The notes under the pieces: generated by a model
The model's input: only the letters and a program-made list of their open reading frames with translations
Told to the model about the DNA's origin: nothing
The model's database searches: none
Shown: piece by piece, positions 24,299-36,980 of the stretch
Numbering within the stretch: position 1 is the stretch's first letter
How the letters are laid out: each line of letters opens with the position of its first letter
Assembly (NCBI RefSeq): GCF_022045235.1
Contig: NW_027266279.1
Location: 10,230,001 to 10,294,000 of the forward strand
Direction: 5' to 3'
Length of the DNA: 64,000 nt
Origin: Haliotis cracherodii
Taxonomy: Eukaryota
Translations under genes and position numbers: made by a program

Positions 24299-25439
24299 AT
24301 GAAATTCTCACTCATCTTCGTTTTTGTTGGTAAGTATTTAAATGAATGGTATTTGTCTCATCCGTCTCGATTTTTTCAAATGCCCATTTTCAGGTGTAAT
24401 TTCTTTTGTTCCTTTTAGATCATAGTCATCGAAAATTGATTCCCAGCTCTGCGACACTTTTTTGAGACCAACTGTAATAATGAGCATTCTCTATATTATA
24501 ACCACTGATCAAATTTTTAATGAATCATTGCCGAAAAATATATTTCCATATTCGGGTTTTAGCCATCCTGAAGCCAACACTTTCGCATTTTTGCAATCCT
24601 TTTCATAACTAACAACAACTGCGCAATTCCATAACATCTTACGACAGGAGTGATCAGGGGGGCACGGGTGGTCCAGTCGTCTCAGGCGCCGCGATTCGCT
24701 GTGCAGAGTTGCGCCCCTTGGGCACACCAGAAACCTATGATTGTTTCCAATCCCGGTTCGCCCCGATTATGTTTCTAGGTTTGTCAGCACCATACCCGTG
24801 CACGTGGGTTTCACCGAAGTGGTAAACGTCTGAGACCTGATACTTGGGGCTTTCCTCCCACATTAGGCTGACACGCCGTGATATAATTGGAATAATGTTA
24901 AAAGCGGCGTTAAACCCAACTCACTCACTATATATTTACATCTGTGAAGGAAGGAAGAGACCATAGACACATCTGCTTATTGCGTACACAGTATCTGAAG
25001 CAATGTTAAAATAAACATTTGCCAGATGTATTTTGGTTTCTGTAGCTCTCACGTTTCTGAGAAGGTTAAAAGATTTAGCTTGAATTTGTGGTTGAAGCAG
25101 TAAAATAGACATCATCACTTACATATGTCTTTCATTGCAGCTATGCTTCTGGCTGTCAGCCTTGCCCATCGCCACCGTCGGCATCGTCATCACCACCACC
25201 ATCATCACTCCTCTTCAGTTAAGCACGTGCACCACTACCACTCATCGGGATCCTCAGGCTCCTCAGGCTCCTCCGGCTGCGGCTGTTGTGGAGGCAGCTC
25301 CGGATCCTCCTCTTCCTCCTCCGAGGACTACCCCATCCCCATCCCCGTCCCCATCTCTAGCGGCGGCAGCAGCAGCAGCGGCAGCAGTGGTGCCTCCGAC
25401 GCAGCCCTTCTGCAGGCTCTCATCAACGCTGGAAAATAG
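24299..25439 (+). CDS. Secreted His-rich/Ser-Gly-rich small protein, copy 1 (109 aa)
   Basis: Exon 1 24299-24329 (MKFSLIFVFV, G|gtaagt). Exon 2 25141-25439 after ttcattgcag; the phase-1 join gives signal peptide MKFSLIFVFVAMLLAVSLA. TATA at 24227; intron after the stop; 3'-UTR exon from 25886 with AATAAA ~25952. Confidence 0.9.
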
Positions 25440-26876
25440 ATGAAGATGTAAATAGACTATTATTCTAGGGCCTCTATTTTACAGTCTAAAGACTCACGAT
25501 CTATCATTTTAAATTTAATGGTAATGGCAGTGCCGAAGACCCGGGTTCGAATCCCCACATGGGTACAATGTGTGAAGCCCATTTTCCAGTGTCCCCCGTC
25601 GTAATATTGCTGGAATATTGCTAAAAGCGGCGTAAAAACTCACTCACTCACTCATCTTGCGTGGACCGTTGCTTATGATTTCAGTCAATGGTCCGCCTGG
25701 TACACATTCGATGATTCAATATTCACTCACTCATTACTGTGAGAGGTATACCACTGCCTCGCTGTTTTTGTTGAGGTCTTGGAAGTAAAAGGAGATGGCT
25801 TTTATTAAGACATTAAAAAATCACCATCCATGTCATCTGTCAAAAGGTCATGCATTTCATCTGAAATCGTTTTTATCTTTTTCAGCTACAATTTTCGGAT
25901 GAAGTCGTGGACGTTTGGTTCCTTTGGTTGTAATATTGGGAGCTTATGCTTAAATAAAAAAATTATTCGCAGAAAATAATATTCCCATTTAATACACAAA
26001 GAGGACGAACTCTCTATAAAGGGACTGATAATTATGAACTCATACAGCATTTTGTCCACGCCACAGCGCTTACTGACAACCTCACGGCATTACTGATAGG
26101 CATCACAAGAAGTTGATCTGTCTCCTCCTTCTGGGAACCCACCTGAAACACCTTGGGGAGACATCTGATGGGGTGAATAAGTGAAATTGGTTTACCGCAG
26201 TTTCCAAAAGTATTGTATGATAAAGTAGACACACGTTATGGAAAACGACTTCTTTAATCACAGTAAAGGCGACGTTTCGGTATAGAACCATAAATTGTGT
26301 CTACTTTGTCATCCGTTAACTTCTAAGTAATGTCTATCAAACAAGTATATATGACGGCGGTCTGTAAATAATCGAGTCTGGACCAGACAATCCAGTGATT
26401 AATATAATGAGCATCGATCCACGCAATTCAGATCGATGACATGCATCAACCAAGTCAGCGAGCCTGATCCCGTTAGTCGCCTCTTACGACAAGCATAGTC
26501 GCCATTTACGGCAAGCATGGGTTGCTGAAGACCTATTCTACCCCGGATCTTCACGTGTCCTTTTAAAAAAGAAGTAGACACGTTTCTTGTGAATGTGGAG
26601 AGGGTTTTGTCACTTTAATTAAATTTCATTGGAATGACATTTTCATCAAAACATGCCATGTCGCCCCTCAAAGAAATCATTACCTAATAAACAATTTTAT
26701 GTAATAACTGTGAAAGCCTATATTGCGCGAGTTGAGCATTTATAGTCAGTTTCTTGTCTACGTTTTACACTAACAGTGTATGAACAAACATTATCGGATT
26801 ATCTTCAATGGCAATGCAATTAAATAAACGCGACAAAACCATGAGAAATATCTGCTGAAAGCAGAGGCCATTGTAG

Positions 26877-27159
26877 TGAGTGAGTGAGTGAGTTGGGTTT
26901 AACGCCGCTTTTAACAGTATTCCAATTATATCACGGCGTGTCAGCTTAATGTGGGAGGAAAGCCCGAAGTGATGCAGGTCTCAGACGTTTACCACTTCGA
27001 TGAAACCCACGAGCACGGGTAGGGTGCTGACAAACCTAGAAACATAATCGGGGCGAACCGGAATTCGAACCCACAATCATAGGTTTCTGGCGTGCCCAAG
27101 GGACGCAACTCTGCACAGCGAAACCGGCGCCCTAGACGACTGGGCCATCCATGTCCCCC
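26877..27159 (-). mobile_element. tRNA-derived SINE, family B (~275 bp), representative copy
   Basis: A box TGGCCCAGTCG, B box GGTTCGAATCC, (ACTC)n tail, TSD GAGGCCATTGTA. Other copies: ~3464-3750, 14381-14660, 22845-23048, 24657-24929, 28143-28340, 28970-29245, 30415-30685(-), 32871-33145, 39146-39405, 39698-39995, 53688-53925(-), 60170-60373, 61395-61540, 61626-61910. Confidence 0.9.
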
Positions 27160-29362
27160 AGAGGCCATTGTACCGACTTTATCATTTACATTATGTTTAT
27201 GAATAACTATCAAACAGGTAAGGATATATATCCTTATATAAGGATGAACAACTTCTTTATAACAATTCCATATATCTTATCCTTACTTAGTACTCTAACT
27301 TCAAAATGCCTTTCAAACAAACTACCAATTTGTGATGAAAACAGTCTTTCGCGAAAAGATGAGTGGATCCTGTCCCACAAATGTCACTGATGTGTTAACT
27401 TTAGAAATGTCCTCTACATTTCAACCACAAAAACATTTTGAAAGCTTGATCGCTATAACCCTGAGGAAACAACTTTTGACGCATTAATGGTATGATTGGA
27501 ATATGATCATGACCGATCTGGCCTCAAAAGTTGTAAAATGGAGACACCAAAAACTTGAGCTGCTGGAATACATCTTCCCGAGGCAAGAGAGTTAACTGAC
27601 TTTAAAAGTCCAGTGCACATGCTTTGCAAATCCTGCAATCGACCGAAATCTGCACAACAGTTTACGAACCGGATTTCGATTTCGATGCGCGATTTTGATT
27701 GGACCATGCTTAGACTCGTTAGTCCAGCCAAAATATAACTCCATAATACCAGACTAGTTCGGCAAGGACGGAAACTGGACATTTTTAGTAAGTTAACTCC
27801 CTTGCCTTGGGAAGATGCTGGAATATTGATCGACATAAAGGGAACTTCAAGGTTGATCATTGGAAACTTGAAGAAATTCCTATTTTCATAGAGTGTTGTG
27901 AATGGTGTGTGTGTTGGGTATTCTGGACGTTGGACGCCCATTTATACACAATGAGTGGATGCCCATTGGATTACAGTAAACTACGGTTATAACGAACACG
28001 CTTATAACGAACTAACGGATATAACGAAGTAACTTTTAGTCCCGACTATATGCTGTAGTTATGCTGTATATATGCTTATAACGAATTACGGTTATAACGA
28101 ACTAAAATTAGTAGTCCCTTTGAGTTCGTTACATGTGGGGAAAAGGGGGTCAAGCCATCTAAGACTCACAGCAATTCGCAGTGCACAGTTGCCTCCCTTT
28201 GGCGTGCAAGGAACCTAGTTGTACGATCGTGTGTTTCAATCCGAGATCATGGTACTTGGTTTGTCAGCACCATACCCTTGCTCACGGGTTTCAGTAAGGT
28301 GGTAAACGTCTTAGATCTGCTTCAGGCTTTTCTCACCCATCAAGCGTGGACTATGATTCGAACCCACAATCATAGGTTTCTGGCGTGCCCAAGGGACGCA
28401 ACTCTGCCTAACGGACAGCCGTCAAACTAATGTAAAACAAAGGATAAATACGCAAATAGAAATAGTTTTTCACGTTTAAGGATAGTTTCTCAATGAAAGT
28501 TAACCATTTTATTACATATGTTTATCTACATGGAGATGTGTGGACTTTTCAGATGAGAAACATATTGTAATCTGTTGAATGACTGTAAGAGATGCGAGGA
28601 ATCGTCACAGCAGGCTGGATTGTGGCAGAGGTACTAGGTTGACCGCAAAGGAACTGTGGATAGAAAAGTGTTTTAAAGGCACAACTTACTTACAAACAAC
28701 AACGATTTTAAGGATGACTATATTTATCAAGGCAATTCTCAATCTGAAATGTTTGTAACGAAATACAGTAAACTACGTTTATGACGAACACGCTTATAAC
28801 GAACTGACCGATGTAACGAACATTTTTTTAGTCCCGACCATTTGTTGTAGAAATTTTGTATATATATGGTTAGACAGAGTTGCGTCCCCTGGGCATGCCA
28901 GAAACCTATGATTGTGGGTTCGAATCCCGGTTCGCCCCGATCGTGTTTCTTGGTTTGTCAGCACCATCACAGGTGGCCCAGCTGTCGAAGGTGCCGCAAT
29001 TCTCTGTGCAGAGTTGCGTCCCTTAGGCAGAAACCTATGATTATGGGTTCGAACCCGGGTTCGCTCTGATTATGTTTCTAGGTTTGTCAGAACCATACCG
29101 TAAATCCTCAAAGCAGGTCTTACCGAAGTGCTAAACGTTTGAGACCTGCATCACTTCGGGCGTTCCTCCAATATGAAGCTGACACGCCGTGATATAACTG
29201 GAATACTGTTAAAAGCGGTGTTAAATTCAACTCACTCACTCACTCTTTATAACCGGAGTTTACGGGACCACAAAGTGGCATGAACGTTTGCTGTACATCA
29301 GAAACACGGCTTCCATTTAGAACATCACACAGAACGCTGCACGGATAAGACAATCAAGAGCT

Positions 29363-29525
29363 AGTGAGTAAATATGGTTTTACGCCGCTTTTAGCAATAT
29401 TCCAGCAATATCACGGCGGGGGACACCAGAAATGGGCTTCACACATTGTATCCATGTCGGGAATCGAACCCGGGTCTTCGGCGTGACAAGCGAACGCTTA
29501 AACCACTAGGCTACCCGACCGCCCC
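29363..29525 (-). mobile_element. SINE family A
   Basis: Full length; TSD AAGACAATC(A/T)AGA. Confidence 0.85.
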
Positions 29526-30191
29526 AAGACAATCTAGAACAATTCGTGAGGAGTATATATCAAATGTCATGTTGACTAAGATAGAGAGGGGTATTGTATT
29601 AGACGTGAAAATTACGTCTTTAAACATCTTCATTGACTTCCAAATCAAATCTAAAACTTCACCGACAGAAAATGGCCAGTTTCAGCTCTCCGACGAAACA
29701 GATCCATTGAGAAAATAAACGACAAAACACGTTATCCGTAACATCAATGTTATCTTACTGCAAAATCAAAAAAATTAAAAGGGAAATAAATGTATACCAT
29801 ATATACGTTATCCTTAAGTAAAACGTGATCATCAAATTCTGTATGGTATTACTATGCTTTTATACATTGACCTTTTTTTACCCCTTTCACTAATTTTCAT
29901 GAAAATATAAAGCCTCTTGTCATCACATGAAAGCAGTTTTTCTCCATGCAACATCCCAGTGATGATGCAGCAAAGTCTATTTTAGAAACAAATTAAGACC
30001 TCGGAAACCACGGAGACAGGATTATCTCCACAGGTCCTGTTGCTCGTGCTCTCGTCAAAACCACACCCTGCTGACTTTATCGGTTGTCTATAGGCAAACA
30101 CATGGGAAGAGGTTTCTGGTATATATACACGACAACTTGTCTTTACAACACCAGTTCTCCTCTGCTCACAAAGGATTACAAGGCATTCACC

Positions 30192-30685
30192 ATGAAATTC
30201 TCGCTCATCTTCGTTTTTGTTGGTAAGTAAATATAATTGTTTCTAGACCTATATTGGGAATAATTAGTCTGGTATCAGTACATAACAATTTGCCTCTACG
30301 AAGGATCAAAACAAACTCAAAATGAAATTCTCACTTATCTTTGTGTTGGTTTGTGAGCATATTTTACGTAAAGGTTTTAATAACAGTGTGCATGTTGGAT
30401 ATAGATAGCGTGATTGTGTGTGTTGGATTTAACGCCGCTTTTAACAGTATTCCAGTTATATCACGGCGTATGAGCTTAATGTGGGAGGAAAGCCCGAAGT
30501 GATGCAAGTCTCAGACATTTACCACTTCAGTGAAACCCACGAGCACGGGTATGGTGCTGACAAACCTAGAAACATAATCGGGGCGAACCGGGATTCGAAC
30601 TCACAATCCTAGGTTTCTGGCGTGCCCAAGGGACGCAACTCTGAACAGCGAATCGCGGCGCCTCAGACAACTGGGCCACCCGTGG

Positions 30686-30740
<55 letters not shown>

Positions 30741-31158
30741 ATACAAAAGTCCGTAGATGAGCTGTATAATCGGTGTCACGAATGTGATTTTCAAGAGTCA
30801 TATTATATATATCATCAACTTCGATGTAGGGATTTAAACCAACATATCTATAATTCCAGCTATGCTTCTGGCTGTCGGCCTTGCCCATCACCACCGTCGG
30901 CATCGTCATCATCACCACCACCATCACTCCTCATCAGTTAAGCACGTGCACCACTACCACTCATCGGGCTCCTCAGGCTCCTCAGGCTCCTCCGGCTGCG
31001 GCTGTTGTGGAGGCAGCTCCGGATCCTCCTCTTCCTCCTCCGAGGACTACCCCATCCCCATCCCCGTCCCCATCTCTAGCGGCGGCGGCAGCAGCAGCGG
31101 CAGCAGTGGTGCCTCCGACGCAGCCCTTCTGCAGGCTCTCATCAACGCTGGAAAATAG
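30192..31158 (+). CDS. Secreted His-rich/Ser-Gly-rich small protein, copy 2 (109 aa)
   Basis: Exon 1 30192-30222, exon 2 30860-31158, same phase and structure as copy 1. TATA ~30120; 3'-UTR exon from 32082 with AATAAA ~32126. Confidence 0.9.
30686..30739. repeat. (GATA)n microsatellite
   Basis: Seen directly, in intron 1 of His-rich copy 2. Confidence 0.95.
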
Positions 31159-32870
31159 ATGAAGATGTAAATAGACCTATATATACAGTTCTTCGTATGG
31201 CATATCTTCATCACTGATTCAAAGAAATGTTTTTATTTGTTTTATAATTGATTTGATTAGTGTGTGAAAGATTATAGTCCACTTTGGTATATCATTTTCA
31301 ACACGATGAGACCATGGTGCGAGGAGAGACGGTGGAGTTCATGTTTCGATTACCTGGCCGCAGTCATACCATAGTATGGGGCGGTCGGGTAGCCTAGTGG
31401 TTAAAGCGTTCGCTCGTCACGCCGAAGACCCGGGTTCGATTCCCGACATGGGTACAATGTGTGAAGCCCATTTCTGGTGTCCCCCGCCGTGATATTGCTG
31501 GAAAATTGCTAAAAGCGGCGTAAAACCATACTCACTCACTCTCGTTAAAACAGCAATTATTTTTATCCTGCCTGCCGCTTGGTATTAAGGGGACTGGTCG
31601 GCTGGGAGTCAGTAGGACGTGTCTGTGTACGGTATCCATGCTAAACAATAATGACGAGCGCGTTGTTAAATCCGATTTCACCTCACTTGACTTCAAACGA
31701 TGTCTTAAATGACGTATTTTGAAGACGTTTCCTTATCAGTTAAAACCCCGACAATCCAAAGGTTTTGGCTTGTTTGTTTGTTGTTTAACGCCGCACTCAG
31801 CAATATTCCAGCTATATGACGACGGTCTGTAAATAATCGAGTCTGACCAGACAATCCAGTGATTGATATAATGAGCATCGATCTACACAAGTGGGATACG
31901 ATGACATCCATCAACCAAATCAGCGAGCCTGACCACCCGATCCCGTTAGTCGCCTTTTACGACAAGCATAATCGCCATTATCTGTTGTCTGGTTCCAGTC
32001 CAATATAGCTCCGCTGCTCACGGAACGTATCAAAAACATCCTGATTCATGCATTAGCTTCAATTTTAGTTTTCTTTTTCAGTTGCCATTTTCGGATGAAG
32101 TCACGTTTTGCATCTTTGACGGAGAAATAAAAAATATCTTCTTAAGAAAATGGTTTTCTTTTCTGTCCGATGTAATTCCCTATTCTGACTTGTACAATAT
32201 GTTCCCGTGTTCTTTCAGGTGAACAATCGACTTGCCCTTGCATGTGTTTGTGACGGGTGCCACCGGTGGGGCAGGATACGCTCACCTTTTTACGAACACC
32301 ATCATCTGTATCATTACTATTTGATAGTGATTCATAAACACATGCTCATGATATAGTCAGAATCGTACAATCGACTCTGCTTTGTGCAGATATTTCTATT
32401 GGATATGGAAAGGGTTTTGTCGGGTAGCCTAGTGGTTAAAGCGTTCGCTCGTCACGCCGAAGACCCGGGTTCGAATTTCGACATGGGTACAATGTGTGAA
32501 GCCCATTTCTGGTGTCCCCCGCCGTGATATTGCTGAAATATTGCTAAAAGCGGCGTAAAACCAAAACTGACTCATTCACTCACTTTATTTCATTATTTTC
32601 CTGCAAAGAAACGTACCTAATGTCATACTTGTGGGCTTATACAACGCATTATTCACACAATAGGTGTCCACTGAAAGATCCCACACCAGATATGCCATTG
32701 TATACCTTGTATAACTGGGTTTAAGGAAGCCATCGTGTTGTTGAAGGGGTGGTCGGGTAGCCTAGTGGTTAAAGTGTTTGCTCGTCACGCCGAAGACCCG
32801 GGTTCGAATTCCGACATTGGTACAATGTGTGAAGCCCATTTCTGGTGTCCCCCGCCGTGATATTGCTGGA

Positions 32871-33145
32871 GGGGGCACGGGTGGCCCAGTCGTCTAAGGC
32901 GCCGCAATTCGCTGTGCAGAGTTGCGTCCCTTGGGCACGCCAGAGACCTATGATTGTGGGTTCGAATCCCGGTTCGCCCCAATTATGTTTCTAGGTTTGT
33001 CAGAACCATACCCGTGCTCGTGGGTTTCACCGAAGTGGTAAACGTCCGAGACCTGCATCACTTCGGGCTTTCCTCCCACATTCAGCTGACACGCCGTGAT
33101 ATAACTGGAATAATGTTAAAATCGGCGTTAAACCCAAATCACTCA
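32871..33145 (+). mobile_element. SINE family B nested in SINE family A
   Basis: 13-bp TSD TGATATTGCTGGA at 32858-32870 and 33146-33158, inside the family A tail. Confidence 0.92.
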
Positions 33146-35711
33146 TGATATTGCTGGAATATTGCTAAAAGCGGCGTAAAACCGTACTCACTCACTCACT
33201 CATCGTGTTGGATCCACAGCCCTGAACGTTTCTAAAAACACGTGACCTAGGTATGCAACAATGAATTTGATGACCACAACACAAGTGTTGTGACCATCAG
33301 TGTAACATCTTGATTGCGCTTTTATTCACATTTACCACCCAAAATGCAGACTTCCTGGCTTAAGTCAACATTACAGGAAGTCCGCAAGGAACACGTGACA
33401 TGAGTTCATCATAAATCCATTTTCTGTACACGGCACAAGTGTTATAACAAATATGACATTTCTAGAAATTATATGAAACGTCAACGACAGTGAATAATCA
33501 GTTTCGATTATCTGCCGGAACAGATTTCATTGGGCATAAAGACCCGTGAAGATCCGGGGTAGAATAGGTCTTCAGCAACCAATGCTTGCTGTAAACGGCG
33601 ACTATGCTTGTCGTAAGAGGCGACTAACAGGATCAGGTGGTCAGTCTCGCTGACTTGGTTGATGTATGTCATCGAATCAAAATTGCATGGATCGATGCTC
33701 ATGATGTCAATCACTGGACTGTCTGGTCCATACTCGATTATTTATAGAACGCCGTCATATAGCTGGAATATTGCTGAGTGCGGCGTTAAACAACAAACAA
33801 AATTTTAAAAAACATTGGGCATAAAAAAAAACAAATTAACGCAAAAACTGCTGGCATGACAATGAAAACATTGTTTGAGGATTAAGTAGCGCTTGGCTAC
33901 CTTAAGTGAAGGTCTGACATATTCGCCATGTCAAGATTGTCTACGGTGGTGTGAGAGTTAAACTTAATGGGCCGTGTTTCGTCAATTAAGATGTGTTAGG
34001 AATGAACGCTGTACTTCATGGCGAGCTGATTATCAGTATTTTCCATCCATACATCTACTAACATTATCGTTGGTTTAATAGTTTGTTCGTGCAATGTGCA
34101 TGTATCGGTATCTACGTACTATTGATATTTTGAGTAGTCATCGTTATATTGACTTCGACCCATGAGCTATCATATTGCAAATATAACATGATTCATCCTT
34201 ACACCCCATTTATACACATTCTCGAGGTCAAAAGTTTTTGTTGTTGTTTTTTAAATTCAGAAAATAACTTTAGTAACTGTTTATGACCTTTGTAGTTTTA
34301 GCTGTTGCAGTTGTTAGCTATTTAAAAAATTACAAGTAATATAATATCTATTGTTTTATATCATTTGAATTGTTACTTCAATTATTACTTAATTATTTAA
34401 TGATTGTGTCTTCACAGCCACGTGGTATACATTATTTTGATTTGATCTTTCACCTCAACATTCAGAAGCTCTGTATAGTCGCATTTAGACGTACTTTTAG
34501 GAGGAATTAGTACAACACTAGTTTGAAACAGAGCTATACTAAACCCTCTTCCTTGCTCCCGAATAATTTTCTGTTTCAGAATACGTTAGACGCGTATTGT
34601 TTTCCTATTATTATTGTAGATACATGATTAGACAAAAACAAATAAGATGCAGGTACTTCATAGATTTATAACTGATTTAAGATTTCAGCCCCAACAGCCC
34701 ACTGAGTGACGATGTGCCTAAAGTACTAGTATTATAAAGTTTATGACAGATCAACAGAATCTGATATGTACGTCAGCTATGTATGAGTCTATTTATTGAG
34801 AAGGACGTTAAAGACAATTATGAAACTGTCGAAACTTATTTTTAACACATTACGAACGCATACGACTGCGTTCTGACAATGATAGGAATTCCAGATCATT
34901 GAGGATAGTAATCCGACTTTTTCACTTTTCGTGTCGTGGCGCCGTCTGATCTCAAACGGGAGCGATAATCGGCACTGTGTGAACGCAGCCTTACTTAATG
35001 TATCAAGACAATACACCATACTGCACAGCTTATGAATGAATTACTCATTGTTTGAAAGAATAATATAAAATGCAACTTAGCTTCATTGGAATCTGTCAAA
35101 ACCGGACTGTGACTAATTGGGCTTTATGTCCGGACCACATTTACTGCATAGAATAATATATCCTTCATCCACAACTTTACTTTACCAGTTCTTATACAAT
35201 AGTCTCACTTCTCCGCACCTCTATCTGAAGCCAGGGATTTACCTTGGTCGGTCTCTTTTCGAGTCAAGAGTGAGTGAGTGAGTGAGTGAGTATGGTTGTA
35301 CCCATGTCGGAATCGAACCCGGGTCTTCGGCGTGACGAGCGAACGCTTTAACCACTAGGCTACCCGACCGCCCATCGAGTCAAGAGGACTCCCAACAGTA
35401 CAATAGAAGTACAAGAGTACAGCATTGGCACGCTTCACTTGATTTCCAGGAATGTTATTGATTTCATAGCACATGCTCAGAAGCATTTATTGGGGAAATA
35501 TTTTTTGACCGAAGAAAATTAATCATTGACACTCTGATTTTTTTAGTAATTTCTTGCCTGAATAGAAATGCCGATTCCATGAAACATGCAAGCTACAATT
35601 TTGATAAATGTAGAGATTCCAAGAACCATAATGTTTATTATTTGTTTCCAACCTCAATTTGTAGGACGCAGTAATATGCGTCCTGTAAGTCTCAGCCAGT
35701 CTGGACCAGAA

Positions 35712-35980
35712 GACCCGTGAAGATCCGGGGTAGCATAGGTCTTCAGCAACCCATGCTTGCCGTAAAAGGCGACTATGCTTGTCATAAGAGGCGACTAACG
35801 GGATCGGGTGGTCAGGCTTGCTGACTTGGTTGATGCATGTCGTCGATCTCAATTGCCTGGATCGATGCTCATGATATTAATTACTGGATTGTCTTGTCCA
35901 GACTCAATTATTTACAGACCGCCGTCATATAACTGGAATATTGCCGAGTGCGGCGTTAAACAACAAATAAACCAACCAAC
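35712..35980 (+). mobile_element. Non-tRNA short retroposon, family C (~270 bp), representative copy
   Basis: Starts GACCCGTGAAGATCC, contains GCTTGTCGTAAGAGGCGACTAA, ends GCGGCGTTAAAC(AAAC/AACC)n. More than 20 copies, e.g. 2130-2375, 3795-4000, 4035-4228(-), 6230-6498(-), 9985-10242(-), 12125-12330, 12998-13268, 21682-22027, 22577-22840(-), 26347-26560(-), 31765-31978(-), 33541-33800, 38711-38955(-), 41971-42240, 54415-54686(-). Confidence 0.88.
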
Positions 35981-36815
35981 TGGACTAGAATATACAGTGA
36001 CTAATGTTATGAGCAAGGATTCACGCTGTCGGGGCACGCTGACACACTATCATCCAAGTCACCAAGCCTGACTGCCCAGCAATTGATCCGTGATTTGCTT
36101 CTTACAAGAAAAGCTTGCCGTGGACCAGTTCTTACCAGGAATTCGTACTGGGATTGAACAGTATGCATTCAAATCCTTCCCCAAAATGACACAAACGAAA
36201 TACAAAATATATGCCAATAGTTACATAATTTAGTTTTTCTCCTTGATAAAGTTTCAATTTCCACTCAGGTTGTTCATAGCTTTCCTTCAATGACATGTTA
36301 AATAACACGGAATGTGAATAACATTAAATTTCAATTGTTAAATAAATTTTAAATAAATTCAAAACGTCAACGTAAGAGAATACCCAGTCTGTCGAATGAA
36401 GGTTATCGATCACTGAAACTCAGCGATTAAATCAGGTGTTCGCGAACAGGTAAAGCATGTCCTGCTATATCGGTAGCGCCCGCTAACTACACACTTTTTG
36501 GATAAAACAAAGTAAGTGTCAGCTTGTTGCCATCGCCGCACCAAGCAATACGCCTGCAATCCGACGGCGGTCTGTAAACAGTCGAGCCTGGACAGACAAT
36601 ACAGTGATAGGTAAATTGAGCAATGATCAGCATCGTCATGCTGTCAACCAAATCACGAAAACACCCGGTCCATTAAAGTTAACGATCAATATACATCACC
36701 GTCAACCTTGAAATACAGTAAACTACGGTTATAACGAACACAAAGGAACCGCTAATTTTAGTTCGTTATAGCCGTAGTTCGTTATAAGCATATATTCAAC
36801 CTCTATACATCAAAT

Positions 36816-36980
36816 GGGGCGGTCGGGTAGCCTAGTGGTTAAAGCGTTCGCTCGTCATGACGAAGACCCGGGTTCGATTCCCGACATGGGTACAATGTGT
36901 GAAACCCATTTCTGGTGTCCCCCGCCGTGATATTGCTGGACTATTGCTAAAAGCGGCGTAAAACCATACTCACTCACTCA
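36816..36980 (+). mobile_element. SINE family A inserted in a pogo/Tc1-type MITE
   Basis: 13-bp TSD CTATACATCAAAT at 36803-36815 and 36981-36993. Confidence 0.9.

Noticed and set aside
25135-25443. Alternative-frame Pro/Ala/Thr-rich ORF overlapping each His-rich exon
   Set aside because: The phase of exon 1 selects the His frame; the shifted frame is open because of low-complexity codons and has no proper start.
31378-31455. tRNA-like sequences (many copies)
   Set aside because: They are SINE heads: no proper acceptor stem, followed by SINE body, tail and TSDs. No genuine tRNA gene was identified.
35725-35750. CTGAAGA on the antisense strand of family C as a hammerhead core
   Set aside because: No downstream stem II plus GAAA arrangement.
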